Source: Klebsormidium nitens
Lineage: Eukaryota; Plantae; Klebsormidiophyceae
Assembly (NCBI GenBank): GCA_000708835.1
Contig: DF237104.1
Span: forward strand, 1 to 64,000
Reading direction: 5' to 3'
DNA: 64,000 bases
A model generated the notes under the pieces. It was not told the DNA's origin, ran no database searches, and was given only the letters and a program-made list of their open reading frames with translations. Position numbers and translations under genes: made by a program. Shown here piece after piece: positions 13,016 to 27,400 of the stretch (positions are counted from its first letter, which is position 1; the number at the start of each line of letters is the position of its first letter).

Positions 13016-13576
13016 ATGGCAACCAAAAGCTAAAACTTTGTGTGTTACCGTGCACTTTCATCATGGTCACACTGAAGGTGTCAGAATTTACGAGTGTTGT
13101 CCGACTGATGTCATCGTTGAATGCTTGCCAACTCAGCTCGAGAAGAGCCGCAAGCGAGTTACTTTCACAGTCGGGAGTTCACTGGACTCAAAGTTTCAAG
13201 CTCTAGCCCTTGAAATGCGGCCCTTGAGTGGGGGTCCTGAGGAGCCGGGACGGAGGTTCCACCCAATTTAGTACGAGACCTTGACAGGGCGCCACGTGCA
13301 AGGAGCGCTACATGGAGCCCCTTTGATGGCTGATGCGACGGCTTGAGTTACGGTGACCCGTTGTGCTCAAACCTTGTGCCCAAGGTTGCTTTCGTGCTAG
13401 TTGAACTTGCACAGGGGGTCAAGAAACCGTGGGCCAGTACCCACACCAAAGATCTGGATTCCAACGTAACTTCATTGACGCATCCCCAGCTGCAAGCATC
13501 ATCGGGTTACACGTACACTTTACAGGCCTATTACCCTGGCTTGGAAAAGCCAACAGGTACTGACTAATGCGCATCT

Positions 13577-16500
13577 TCATTTGGCTTTTGGTTTCCGGCC
13601 ATACTGGACGATCAACGGCTTCCCCTTCAGAAGGTAACCATGTGTGTAACCCTGCACAAGACGAACGCCAAACTTGCTGAACCTGAGCTCTTCAGCTGTC
13701 GATGTTTTGATGATTAGAAAGCCGTTTGAGGAACACTGCAGTAAGACACCCCACAAAGTCGGTGGAACTCTACGATTGACTTGCTTTGACAATTGATCAA
13801 TGCATCCGTGCTTACCATGGCTTCCTCTGCAAGTAACGCGTCAGGCAATGTAACGAATGCTTGTCCTTTCATTCGCCCTTCCTGCAAAGCGTGGAAGGAA
13901 AGGGATCAGTCTCTTGTAATAACACTCTTATCGTTGTCGCCTTTGCAACCCCCTAAGCGAGGTACCAAAGACCCAACAAAACCGATGCAGGTGCTCAATG
14001 TAAAATCAAAGCTCGTTTATTCCCCCAAGCAACGCTTGGACGGTCGAATCGAGATCGGAACGGGGTGCAACTTTTTGTTGGACGGCACGGGCAAGGCAAA
14101 CTACGCTGTCACAAGCCAAGACATACGTGCGGAAGATAGCGCTTGAAACAGGACCTCGTGTCTAGCTCTCGAGATAACGTGCGTCTTTCCTGCAATACCG
14201 CCGAATTTGCCAAGAGTAACCCTGGTCAAACGGCACGACTGGACCCGAACGGGCGGACAATCGAACGTGTTACAAGGGTTCGACGGCTGATGCCTAAAAG
14301 CAACGTTGGCTACTCACAAATCATAAATACCTGTAGCGCAGTACCAACTCTGACAGGCTCGCAACATACCATGGGATCGCGCCTACGCGCACAAATGTGT
14401 CTATGGAAGCTACAAGAGAGTACCCACCTGCATCAGGCGGATCGCGCCTGCCGCGGTGTCGCCAGCGCTCAAGAAACCACCTGCAAAAAGTGAGCCTGGT
14501 TATCCCAACTCCTCACTCATAATGAAGAAGCATGGTTGCGAATGTGCATGCAAGGTGCGGGCAACAGCCAGGAGGAGACACGAGGGGCCTGACCTAATAA
14601 CGTCGGTGCAGAAGCCTTCGATCTTGCTCTACATACGTTCCGTTCCGTGAAACTCGGTCCCGAGCCAACAGAGAGACAGCAACAACCACTCTCTGGCTGG
14701 ATGGCGATCCTCCACCAAACCGCCCAGATTGCAGAACCACTCCCCGGCCAATCTCCCCTTGGATCATCGAAGACCGAGCGAACAGCGCCCATGGTCGTTT
14801 GCTGGGTCTGCTGTGGCTTAAAACGATATGGCTTCTTTCGTCCAAACCCGCGGATAAGGTCGTGAATGAAGTATGTACACAGATGAAAAGCAAACAAGAG
14901 AGTAACCAGAGACGAGTTGCCGAAGGCTCCTTTGACAACTTGGCAATGATTCCTTCAAGACAGAGGAGTCGAAGCCCCGACAAACGACTCACCGAAGACG
15001 TGCTGCATGTCGGTGACTGTGACGTCTTTCGCAATATTTTTGACGTACAGCACCGGAGTCGCCTCCCCGGGCGCGTAGTTCTGGAGAGATGAAAGGGCGA
15101 CGTTAGCTGACCATCGCCACAGTTGAGCTCCTCGAGCATGTCATAGAATGTATTCACCATAATATGGGTGTTCTTCACATACGGATGTAGGTATAAGACG
15201 CTCTTCTGTGGACGTACAGCAGCCTCTGGCAAAGCCCGAGAGACGTTTGCTCTCCTTGTGGATCCCTGTCGTAATCGAGCACCTGATTTCGGAAAATCGG
15301 CACTTATTTGATGTAGAAATTGACCCTTCTGATGTTCGTTCAGACGCACCTTGAACGCCGGATTGGCTAGGAGATCCTCCTGAGGCGCCTGGCCGGCTTT
15401 CAACTCTTCTCTCCTTGCGGGCGCCGGCTGTGCTGCTTCTATAGAGTCAGGGGCGGCCGATATGGAACTTGGTGGATTCGCGGAGGGCTTGACAACTCGG
15501 GGTACCGGCAGCTTGGCTGTGCGGGCTTTGATGGACGAAACGTCCAACTTGATCTGGACGTAAACAAAAGAGGTCTTTCAGAGATCCGTCTCTGCTTCTT
15601 TCATTTCAATTTCAGGACTCAAGAAGATGCCAAGCGAAGCGAAGACAGAACAGCGCACTACAAGATGGTAATTCTACGTGTAGGTACTTCTGGCGGTGTG
15701 TTTTGGCACTCGAAGAGGGATTTGTGTAGCGACCCTCGTGTAAGGGATGGAAAGAACATCGACGGAAGGAAGCAAAGGCTGTACAAGATTGATTTCTGAA
15801 GAATGGTGCACCATGGATCTTCACTCTCGTTCTTTCTTCAACCTCCAGTAGCGTGCAAGACTCGGTTTTCTGCAATTTAATGACCGACTACACTGCAAGT
15901 TCGGCATAATTTTTACATCACATTATGCAGATCTATCTAATAGGAGTACTCGGAATGCGGTTACCTGCATGGTCGCCTTCTTGACCTGCGGTCGCACCTC
16001 CCGTGGCCCAGCCGCTTCAAGTGGAACATCCCGCACCCCGGCCGTCTCAAAGGTCCCCGTCGCTCCGCTACTCCTTCGCCGCTTCTTCCGGTGCTCAACA
16101 GGCCGGTCCTTCTTACGCTTCCCTAATGCTGTCTGCGGGACCTCGCCGTCTTCTTCCGACTCTAGTTCCGACTCCGACTCCGATTTTGACTCCCCGCTCC
16201 CGCTGACATTAGCAGGGCGCTCATTTGGTGGCAAGTGGGCAGTTTCAGTTGATGGTGGGACTGGAGCGGCAGCTAGGTACTGTGGGGGCATGGCTACGGC
16301 CGCTGGCCCAGAAGGGATCCCTTTGCTGACGTCCGCATGGATGGATGTGGGGGGGGCAGGTACGACTGGTTTGGGAGCGGGGGCTGGGGTTGGCTGCGAT
16401 GGCGGAGGGGGAAAGACGGAGGCGAAGGGCGGGGGGAGGTTCATCTTGTTCATAAGGTGGAGAACCTGGGTGTAGAAGCGGGGGACCGAGATCAGGGCGG

Positions 16501-17740
16501 CTTGGATGTTACCGAGCACGCCAGCATCAGGAGGGGGGTACCGGTACCTGTGGAGTGGAACAAAAGTGTGAGAGCGTGGTAACGCACCTCATCGTGTGCT
16601 TCAATCTCAGGCCCTTCTTTGGTCCCCAAAGTTTTGTCCACCAGTCTGCCAACCGACTGACCTGGGGCATCGACCTGCCAGTCTTGAGATGATGCCAATT
16701 CTTTCTTGCCGCCAAGGCCTTGCCTGGGCCCTCAGGCAATTGCTCTGAGAGATCGGCCAAGTTCATCCAAAGTCCTAACGACTTATACCCAAGTACCCTT
16801 TGTCCTTCGAACTTTTAATCGAACTCCTAAAGCCTATCCAGTTCAGCCTCTTCCGGCGACCCTCACCTGAGATGAGGAGGAAAGGGGTAGTCCAGATTGA
16901 GGGCTGAAGCGATGCTCTCAGGCGGAGGGGCTCTGACTGATGGACCATGTGGGGGCGCCATTTGTGTTCCACTAATTGACCCAGACGGCAGCTTTGAGAG
17001 AGATTCTGCTGGCGCCCGCGCTCCTGAAGTAGCGGGGTCAGGTGGCGGCTTCGGAGGTGGGGGCTGTGGCACTGATTGGGGCCGGGCAAAGTCTGCTGCC
17101 AACGTCTTGTTGAGAATCTTCAACCTGCGGGGATTGGCGGACTGGGTGAGCCCCCGTGTCGGCTAATCAATATGTAGAAGCGACCAGGAAAATGAGCCAC
17201 GCTTGACCGACGATGCACCTCCGGGCCGGTTTTTCAGGCGACAAATGGTCCGATTGAAGATTTAAAGAGTCTGAACAGTCCATGACCTGCTGATTTTGAA
17301 ATCAGGACAGAGCGTGGATGAAATCTCAACTGGAGGAGCTTCTGATGTCACTTCCTCTTCCAAGCCCAAAATCCGAGACAGTCCCAGGAATGGGGGAATC
17401 AACTTTCGGAGCTTTCCGCTTACCCATGCAACTGATCCTTCGCCCTTGCCGCAACGCCCGCGTCTCGAAAGTCCACAAAGACCACCCCCCTCAGCTTCCC
17501 CTCCACATTGCTCGCACGCACAGCGACTGCCCCAACGCATCTGAAAACCTCTTCCATTGTGCTGGGCTCAACATTCGTCGGCACATGCTTCACAATAAGA
17601 GTGATGACGTTGCTAGCTGGCTGAGGATACACCTGTGGTGCATAAGAAGCGGCAGTTACATTTTGCAGCCTTGGGGATGGATATGCGAGAACACCCGGAG
17701 GTGGTGGCTCCTGGTGGCTGTCTGCCATGGGAGCCTGCAT
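13577..17740 (-). CDS. RNPC3: U11/U12 snRNP 65 kDa protein (RNPC3/RBM40), two RRMs. Exons approx. 17740-17424, 17124-16867, 16547-15965, 15553-15350, 15080-14993, 14480-14428, 13881-13816, 13651-13577
   Basis: RRM1 (TLIVKHVP...VVFVDFRDAGVAARAKDQLHGLKILNKTLAADFA), the family motif YPPPDAGVLGNIQAALISVPRFYTQVLHLMNKMNLPPPF, and RRM2 (NYAPGEATPVLYVKNIAKDV...IRLMQEGRMKGQAFVTLP...GYTHGYLLKGKPLIVQYGR). Splice phases are consistent. Confidence 0.93.
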
Positions 17741-18434
17741 TCTTTGTCACAGTCTTCACTGCATTATATTGTAGCTACCGAGCATGGCTCCCATGTATAC
17801 CCGGAAGCTTTTGTACAATTCTCTACATTACACCATCCTTATATAAGTGCTAGCGAGCGCTGTGCCAGCTTGTGGTATTTCTTGATGAGCAGCCAATATG
17901 TGATTCGTGAAGGCTGGTGCCAGTGGAGACTGAGAAGCTCAGATTTCTGGAAGCTGGCCTGGCGAAGCTGATTGCAGGGTTTTAGGGTTCTCGTTTGAAC
18001 CGGTTGTTCGTTCTAGGCCTAGACTAGGGTTCTTATAAAACGGGGGACGGTTGCTAAGAGATTCTTGCCTGAGGCTGGTCGAATGACTTCATCGCTTATC
18101 GGGTAGAGGTTCCTGCCTATCCCAAAGGCGACCACCGCAGTTTCTCGAGCAGATAAGCAGAACAGGCAAGGCGCAGGGGCAGAGGCACAAAGAGGGACGC
18201 CTCCAGAATCAGGGCGTCTGCAAAGGTTCGCGGCACAGTACAACGTAGATGCTAGCAACAAGTTCTAAGGAGCTGGTGTATTGGCAGCAGCTAAATTTTG
18301 ACAGCCGATTTGCGCATGCTAAGAGCTGCTGCAGATTTGATCACAAGAGGAGACAATTCAGGTTCAAAAACAGGCGGCATAAGCGATGCAGCCAGTCATT
18401 GGTAAACCCCAGCATTGCTAACTAAGACTGCACG
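17741..18434. promoter_or_regulatory. Putative bidirectional promoter between RNPC3 (-) and TWD40-2 (+)
   Basis: About 0.7 kb head-to-head gap. Palindromic CTTATATAAG at 17838-17847, TATAAAA at 18034-18040, and telo-box-like TAGGGTTC near 17983 and 18025. Confidence 0.55.
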
Positions 18435-21400
18435 ATGGCCACGAGATTGAAGGCATTCCTTGCGGGACATGAGAAGATCCATATCTTAGATGTGCACCCA
18501 ACGCAGCCGTGGGTTGTCACAGCAGATGAAGCTGACAGTGTGGTGGTATGGAATTGGGAGCACCGCCAGGTGAGCTTCCACACCTCGTTTTTCAATCCAA
18601 AAATGAGGCTTGGCGTTGATGGAGCGCTTCCTTCATGATCCACTAGCTGTTGTCCCGCCTTCTTAAGCAGATGTTTCTATCTCTGCACAAACGAACCAGC
18701 TGTGAGCAGTTTAGATGATTCTTTCTGCAAAGATGATCATGATACTCCTGCACACATGTTCCACTTCTTTGCAGCGGTTACATTACTGATATAGTTAAGC
18801 TTTCAGAGAGCCAAACATGGCTTTTAAAGAGACTGCTTCCTTCCACGCGTGAAAGCTCCAATTGGTCAGATCATGCACCATAGGCAATATACTCTTTGTT
18901 CCTCTGAGTTTACCCCCCAGCCAATTGAGGAATGTATTGATGTGCAGATCTTGTACCAAGTGAATGCTGCCGGTGTCGATGTGCGCCGTGTAATTGATAC
19001 ACAACTACAGAAGCTTGCTGGTGAATCAGATGCTGCTTTGGGAGCTGAAGGCCTCAAGGGTGGCAGGTAAGCACCTCAATCGTCAGGCTCTCGTGAGGAT
19101 GCAGATAGGATACACGGTTGAGAATGTCTAGATCTGTGTGTGCAAGTAGCCCCATCCGATCCCATTCAAGTTTCTAAGACAATCGCTCGGTCATTCCAGT
19201 CAGCTTGAAACGAGTGGAGGCCTGCTCGGATCATTGAAGCACACGTGTTTACATGCCCAAGCACCTCATTCACCAGACTTGGCGCAATGCAGTACGTTCA
19301 TGGACCTTGACAGTAGTCTGCAAGGTTACCCCTCTGCACGCACCCATTCAACCTTTGTCATCTTCTGGTTCGTGCAGTGTGACACATGTCAAGTTCTACG
19401 ACGATGACGTCCGCTTCTGGACGGCCTGGAAGAACCGGGCGGCTGCAAGCGAACTGTCCATCACCGAGTCTGCCCCGCAGCCTCCCATCACCCCCTGTCC
19501 TCCTGCGCTGAGGGGCCGCCGGTTCCTGGTCACATGTAGTCTGAACAAGGCCGTCTTCTTGGACCTTGTCACGATGAAGGCTCGGGATGTGCCAAAGGCT
19601 GCTCTGGACAACAAGGCACCGCTTTGGTGAGTACTGCTCTGTCTGGTTGCTCTTGGAGTAAGGAAGATGGGTTTGGCCCATCATACTTGTCTGCATCAGG
19701 GTCAAAGATGGCTGTTCTGCACGTGCTTTGCCTGGAGGTTTTAGTACATGTTGCAGACCCTCTTCCCCTTTGCCACGCTGGCTAAGTACCTGTTCAAGTA
19801 GAGACCGTCTGTGGCTCACAGAATTGCAGACTGGAATTTCCTGTTCCTTGTGGCCCACTCGTAAACTGTTCAAATAGCCGGAAGCAATGGAAGCGCCTTT
19901 TTTCAATACGCCTCAGTGCGCATTTTGTCTCTTATACATTCGCAATCTGCGGGGTTTGACCTTTCGAAGGATCCTAAGTAAGGCCTGAAAGATGACAGAA
20001 GCTCCCTTTACTTCCAGTGTGGAGTTCCTCCCAAAGACAACTGGCTCGGAGGGGCCCTTCGCTGCTTTTGGAGGACCGGATGGAGCCATCCGTGTGCTGT
20101 CCATGGCGACATGGCAGCCGTTCAAGCGGCTGACTGGTGGTCATAAGAATGCGGTGTCATGTATGCTGACATATGCGACAAGCCAAGGGGAGGTACGTTT
20201 CAGCTCACAGATCAGAAGACTGGCATGCACAACAGGTTGAAAGTTGCACGGTTTTTTGGTCCTTGTACGTTTGGGACTTGCTTTTGGGCAAACCGCTTCA
20301 ATGAACATGCCAGGTATTCAAGCCGTGTGGGATATTCTTGTGTATTCAAGCCTTGTGGGATATTCTTGTGCACTCCCGTCGCTTGACCCGTCTTGGTACG
20401 TTTTCTTCAGATGACCAGTCCGCAAGAGGAGTGGATGCATAGATCACGCTTCAAAGTTCCCCTCTGCAACGTAGACCATCGCGAAAGCTGTAGTTTGTAT
20501 CAGAAAATTCAACAGCTTCGCGATCGGTTCTCAAAGTTGTGAACTAACAGTTCTGAGTTGCTACAACATTGAATTCGCTCGCTGAAGCTCTGCTTGCAGA
20601 CTCAACTGGTGACGGGCGGCTCGGATGGTTCCTTGGTGTTCTGGAACCTCGACAGCGGGGTTTCGACCGTGAAAGACGGAGGCCCAAGACTGGCGCTAAA
20701 CAAGGTCCGTAAGTCCACGGTGCCTGCCAGATACGCCAAGTGTGCTCGAGTGTCGCTTCGGGTGCAAGCGAAATTGTGCCACGAGTTACTTATGCAGTAT
20801 GCTCGAAACCCGCCTTGTCCATTTGTTCGAGCGTCTTTGAGTCTAAGGACTTGAATACAAAATCAGGCACGAAACAAATCTGTGGTAGCCGGTGGCCGAT
20901 CGAGCTCGTAAGAAGCTCTGCTGAAACGCATACCCATTGGCCAGGTCGCTCGGAACCCCCTCTGTCCAGCGCCTCGAGCATCCGTAGAAACTTCTTTGAA
21001 AATTCAGCTTCGCTCAGTATCTGCTCCTGATACCGCTTCTTGGGAAGTCATTCTCGCACGAGCGTTTGGCCGCAACACAAAGCGCGCTGCTGACCACCAA
21101 ACGCGCTGTTGAGAACGACCTGCTCTGTGGAACCCAGAACGCTCTGCGGAAACTCAAAACGCTCTGCTAAACACCCCGCATCGGCCAGGTCCACGACGGC
21201 GGCGTCCTGAGCATCTCCCTCGCGCGGATGGTCGGCGCGGCGCCGCAGCTCATCACGACGGGCGTGGACAAGTCGCTGGCCATCTTCGACACGATGACGC
21301 TCAAGGAGATGCGCCGCATCAAGCAGACGATTGGCAAGCTGGCTTGCCACAGCGTGTGTGCGTGGTCGCACCCCCGGGCGCCCACGTTCGAGAGCCTGGT

Positions 21401-24400
21401 AGCGGGGAAGGACCCCAACCTGTGGTGAGTGTGTAAAACTAGGACTTGGTTAGGGACTAAAGTAGCGTCTTGTCTCCTGGTCAGGGCAATGTGTAGGCCT
21501 GAGGGCGAGACTTTGGGATTGGCTCGAGGGTCAGATGCTGTACCCTAAGGGGAGTCGCGTCTGCTTCGCTTCTTGTACGAGCACAGCACATAACATGGAC
21601 ATGAGTCTAGTGTCAGAAAATGCTTACCGAAAATTGACAGGGCAATTTTTTTGTCGCATTCTGTATTCGTCAACATTGGTCGAATCGATAAGTCATTTGG
21701 GTGTGTGCAGGGGAGTGGACCGAGGGACAGGCGCTCGGCCGCTCGTAGACTTGAACAAGTTTGTTCCTCCCTCGGCCGTTCCTCAGGGCAAGAAACTGAA
21801 GGTGAGGCTCGGTCAAGTCGTCCTAGCTTGGTCACGAACGTACTACTCAAGAGAGCAGCGTAAACGTTTACCAGCTTTGCTAGACGTTCTTCGAGTGTCT
21901 GCCTAAAGCGTTCCCCCCTTGGGATGCCTGTCTTCCACATTTGTCCATCAATTATTCTCATCGCAAAGGCTGGTTTGTTTTGCACTCTCTTAGGTCTCCG
22001 CTCCGTCAAACGTTCGTCTATGTTACCTCCTCTAATGTTTTTTTCCTTCCTTTTTTGACGACTCTACTTTTTAAAGTTAACCTCCCTCCTCCGGTTTCGC
22101 ATTGTCTTTCAATCCATTATTTCCAAGGCTTTCGTGATTCATTGTCTTGCTTCTGGATATCGCTGCTCCCTTCCTTGCGATCGACGTCTTCAACTTCCCC
22201 CCTCGCTGCAGATCTACTCCATGCTAGTTCACCCTCTCCAGCCCCAGCTAGTGATTCTAGGCACCAACGCCGGCATTGCCCTTCTCGAGTTCGACAGCAA
22301 GGCCATCCCCGCCGCGGCCGCGCTGCCGACCCCTTCCGGCGGCAAAGAGCACACCGTCGTCTACTCTGCGCAGCGCGAGATGCGCGCTCTGACGTTTTCC
22401 CTGGGGAGCGCCGCACGGAGATCCGACGACCCGAATTCGCCCACCAAAGCGATGGCAGGCGGCGCCGCGGAAGCGTCTGCGGTGCGGCAGAGTAGGAAAA
22501 GGCTGGCCTCGGCGCTGTACGAGGAGAACGCCAAGCTGGCGGCCAGCCCGTCGGGAAAGTGAGTGTCGGGCGTGTTTGGGAGCTGTTAGCATTTGCAGTA
22601 CGGCACTGAGTCGAGCAGAGTTCGGGAAGTGAGAGTCGGGCTAAGTTTGAAGCGGGTCCGATTCGTAGCATGGCATATCATACATCGGAGTCGGTTGAAG
22701 TACGCAGAAAGTTTGCCGTTTGCGAGGCTGATTCACAAGCAGTGTCTCATGGCGACCTCCACTCGAGGAACTGGTACTCTGCGTTTTCGCCCCGTCCGTA
22801 GCCGACCTGTTTTTGTTGGAGGTCATACCAAAGTGCTTTTGCTGACGTGTCTTTGTCTCTGTGCACAGCTACGTCTCGGTTCGATGGCCTGGCCAAAACT
22901 CGTACGCCATCTACAACTGTCGAAACTGGTCGGTGGTGGACTCGGGCGCTGCTCGGTTCTTTGCCTGGGACACCGTTCGAGACCGCTACTCCATCCTTCC
23001 AGCCGTCGCTGTACAAGTACGTGCACATCTCTTCAATACCGTGTTTCCAGTTCGTGGAAAGTCGGCAAGCCAGGACCCTGCTATGGGCCCTTGTAGCGAC
23101 AGTTAGAGATGAGAGTAGTTACGACATATGTGGACGTGTTCTTTTGAAAGCATCCTTTTGAGAGCCTTTTTGACGTCTTTCACTCGAGCCACTTGATTGC
23201 AACGGGGACTCTCCTCAATCCGTATACCAGATCAATCAGCACTTTAAATTGGTTTGACGAAGAGCGAATTCGTCGCTTGGTTCGCCTTCGTACCCTGTCG
23301 CAACCCACAGTATTCTTTCGGCATGCCCTTCTTTGCTCCAGATACATTCTGCTTTAATCTGCAAATCGATTCAAGCCTTGGCAAAAACATGAATTTCAAT
23401 ACTTCCCAGAAACAACAATCCTTGATCAAAATTCCCACTTGCAACTGAGAACACTGTTTCCAACCTTTTCAGAGACCTCAACTGCCCACCAAGGGCTCCT
23501 CTAAAAAGAAGGCCGAGGCCGCTGCTGCGGCCCAAGCGGCCGCCGCTGCCGCCGCTGCAGCTGCTGCGTCCGCGACCGTGGAGGTGCGCGAGATTTTGGC
23601 GGACGGGAGCGCGGTCCTCCTCTGCAAGGCGATTGACGGCCGCAAGGAGTCCGTCGTTGGGCTACATGTACGTTTTCTGCCTCTCCTTTGTTGAGATAGG
23701 TATACTTACAAAGCGGTGGTTGGGGAGGTCGAGCCGTTCTGTTTGGGTGCTTATCTGTAGGATTGAAATGGCTTGTTGACTACGATCCGGCTTCTGGAGT
23801 CACCGGAGTCACTGCAATCCTTACGGATTTGAGACGACCAAACAAAGACTAAGAAACACGTGCCCTAACTAAGTCAAAAGTCTTAAGTGTAGCCTTCACT
23901 GTAGCTGTCATGTCTACAGTCGTCCTTTCACAAGGGTAGTAAGTACGATTGTTTGCATGAGCTGCTCATTGTCAGAAGTCTTCCACTAAAAAGAGGTCTC
24001 ACGAGTTCCTTGCGTTGCAGGGGGGCGCCCTCCTTGGTGTTGCGTTTCGCATCACGGTCGCCCGGGAGCGGGTAACGTCGGCTGCGGCGCTTATCAGCAG
24101 CGCGCAAGGCGCGTACCAGGCCGCCGCTGCCGGGGGAGGCGTTGCGCCTAGTTCCGTCGGCGCGGGCCCGGACGACAACGCCGTTTTCGCTGAGTCGCCC
24201 CCTAACTTCCAGCTGTATAGTTGGGAGACGTTCAAGCCGGTGAGCGGGCTCCTGCCGCAGCCCGAATGGTCGGCGTGGGACGCGGGCGTGGAGTACTGCG
24301 CGCTCGTGTACAAGGCGTATGTCGTCATCTGCGCCGCAAGGTGAGCGTCGGTTGTTAGTTCCGCGACTTTACGTTGATGAGCCTCCTCACCTGGCTTTCA

Positions 24401-27400
24401 TGAGCTACTTGGTGATTTGTGTCGTATAAACGCGAGGACGCTTTACTCTCAGCCGGGACGCAGAAAAGCTCTGCTCCTACGTAGAATTGAGCTCAGGGAC
24501 AATGATTAGTTGTACTCCGACTGGGTCTGGCACTAAGTCGATTGCTCTGCAGACGGCTTTGACCAGCTGAAAAGGTGTTGATTCGAGCATTGTCACCAGC
24601 TATCAGGCAGTGGTCTCTCACAAGAAGCCTTCTTGCCTTCTCGTGAAAGCTGCAAACAAACACCTCTTTCATCCTACTAATGATGTGGTTGATGGTCAAA
24701 CCTTTACGAGACATTCTATCAGCTTGTACTGTCGTTGGTGGTCACATCCTTAACAACACATTCCTAGCTGCGATGGTTTCTCACTGACTGTCTTCTCTCA
24801 CTGATCCACAAGGCTAGGGATTTTCGAGACCCCTATAAGGACGTTTCCAATTCATCAAGCCTGGTCTCCGACAAACCCGTATTCTACCTTTGCAGGCCTA
24901 GCTTCCGGTCCCTAGGCAGTGTGGCCATTTCGGGTGCTGTGAGCGGGGTGTGGCACCGGCGCCAGTTCTTCGTCGCGACGCCGACGACCATTGAGGTCGT
25001 CTTTGTGGATAGCGGGATTGACCCTGAACTGGAGGAGAAGAGGCTGAAGAAAAAGCAAGAAGAGGAGGTGCGGCGGAGCTTCATGTGAAGTGTTTCTTTG
25101 TTGCTGAACTGTTTCTGCCTCGTTTGCTTCTGCATTTTGTGTGACGCTTGGGGTATCGCTTGTGGTATTGCGAGTCCCTCGGGAATGATGGTACGATTCC
25201 GTTTGAAGGCTTCGCTTTGTGTATGGTCGGTCTTTGCACGTCAGAAACAACATACGAGCTTTATCACTCGGCCAGCGCGTGATAAATAAAATTTTATCAC
25301 TTCCTTAAACGTTTCTCTTTGTCGGCTTCTTTTGGAGCTAGGTGCGAGCTTGTCGAGGTTGACAGGGAGAGTGAATGCACACTGCAGGTCTGGTTGGAAA
25401 CTGCCTCCCTACTGAACGTTTGACGTCACGGAAGGAACTTGGGTCTTACTTAACCCGAGTGTAATCAAAATAGGTGGAATTATTTAATCATCACTGAGGC
25501 AGCCAGATATGACGCTAATTGATGAGAACCAACTAAGTCCAACGGAGTCTCGCTGCTGCAGGATAAGAAGTCACGGGAGAAGGCTGACCCGAACACGCTG
25601 GCTCTTGCGGTGCTGACGGTTGACGCCCCTCAGACGGCGACTCCAAAGTCCACGCTCAAAGCCCGGCCGCCACTGCTTCAGGTAAGCACTGCTCTTTCTG
25701 GTTAAGCGAAAAGAACGTTGGGGCCCTCCCTGTTTCAGACACAACAAGCAGAAGATGCATGTGGTTGCGTATTCCACTTATTCCGCGACTCTCAACCACT
25801 CTGAGTGAGTTGCTCAAGACAGGACGTCTATGCACACGGTCCTCAGTCTGCACAATGAGGGGCTTCTTGATGGTCTTTCCTTCTCTTCAAGATTCCTTAT
25901 CAGGTCAATAGTGAGTGCGAAACGTGAGGCCTCCGCTCAATGGAGGCTTGCTGACGGCACGGCTTCCGGACGCTCAAGAGCAGCTGGACACGCTCTCTTT
26001 GTCACACCACGATTCGGACGCTTTTTGACCGTACGGACACACCTTTGGACGGTCTCGAACGCACCCTTCGTCCGCAGGTCGTCCGCCTCGCGTCCTTCGC
26101 CACTCCCCCAGCCGCGCCCGCCGTCGCCCGGCCCAAAACGGAGGAGATCGCTCGCAGCCCGCTCGCCGAGCTTGATGGCTCAGAGCGCAAGATGGAGGTC
26201 GCCATCGCAGGGGGCGGGCAGTCCGCGGCCGCGTCGCGGCTGCCCCCGGAGCAGCGGCGGCCGGTGGGGCCGCTCGTCGTGGTGGGGGTCCGGGAAGGGG
26301 TGCTGTGGCTGGTGGACAGGTGGGCGCCAGAATAAAGAGTGTTTCTCTCGTCTACGTGACTGTTGGACTCGGCTTGTAAGTGTTGGTTGGTGTTTTGCCC
26401 GAGTATGGCGTTCCAATACCCGTTCACATTGAAGGGGATGGCCCGAATGTCATCTCATTGTAGAGACGGATTTGAGTACCGTTCTCCTCAGCGGCTGCTC
26501 GTTTACATGGATTCGCGGAAACTTGAAACGAGCGAGGAACAAGTACGAGCTTCATTTTTTATTGTTTTCTTGCGCCTATCTGGATCGTCTTGATTGGAAT
26601 ACGCAGGGACTCGTTCGTCCATCCGGATTCTCTAGATTGGAACATGAAACGACTTCTCCGAAACTCCGAGCCGTATGGCTCCAGTCAAAGCTTCAGGGCT
26701 TGCTGTCGGCAGGAATAGAATTTGATACAACACGTCTTCACCTCCTTTTGTCTCCGTTCAGGTACTTCACAGCCCACGCCCTTGCGCTGAGCCACCCGGG
26801 CATCCGGTGCCGGTGCCTAGCAGCTTATGGTGACGCAGTCAGCGCTGTCAAGTGGTGAGCTCGTGTTCCTGACGTCGTTATTTTTAAACTTTTGAATTCT
26901 AGTTCATCCAGTAGTGCAATCATCCTGTCAGATATCCGAAGCTTGGCAATCACACAAGCTTGCCAAGCTTGTGTGATTTCCATTTGATTTTTCTCAGCCA
27001 TCTTCTGCCTCTGTCGCCGGAAATTGCAGCCGTACTCAGTGGTGTATGTCACTGTCCTCCACACTGAGCGGTCTATTTGAAGGGCTTACAAGATCAAGGT
27101 CTTTCCATAGGTGCCCCGTCCACTGGCGCTGAACCCACGCACATGTGCAATCAACCCAGCTTAGGGTGTCCGTCGTTGACTATGTAGCACGAAACGTCAC
27201 TTCGCTGTGGCCTTGTTTTCAGGGACCCCTGCCTGATGGAGATTGACCCAAAGCCCCAGGCAATGTCTGTCGGGCTCAGCTTTTCGGTCGGTCGCTATGA
27301 TGGGTTCGAATATCTTGAGCGCCAGCTGACATCGGCAAGTTGGAGTTTGCAGGGCTGCCCGACTGGGACGGGAGCATCACGACGACTTGGCGACGTTCAT

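Noticed and set aside
14594-15547. 317-aa ORF
   Set aside because: Chimera of an RNPC3 exon and intron read-through; it crosses the next exon out of frame.
12500-17740. U11-binding USSE (tandem RTATCCTT) autoregulatory element or U12-type introns near RNPC3
   Set aside because: I scanned by eye for RTATCCTT / AAGGATAY and found none at plausible sites. All modelled introns in the window are GT-AG or GC-AG.
23510-23575. Poly-Ala (GCN)n run
   Set aside because: Part of the TWD40-2 coding linker; a similar Ala run is present in the Arabidopsis protein as recalled.
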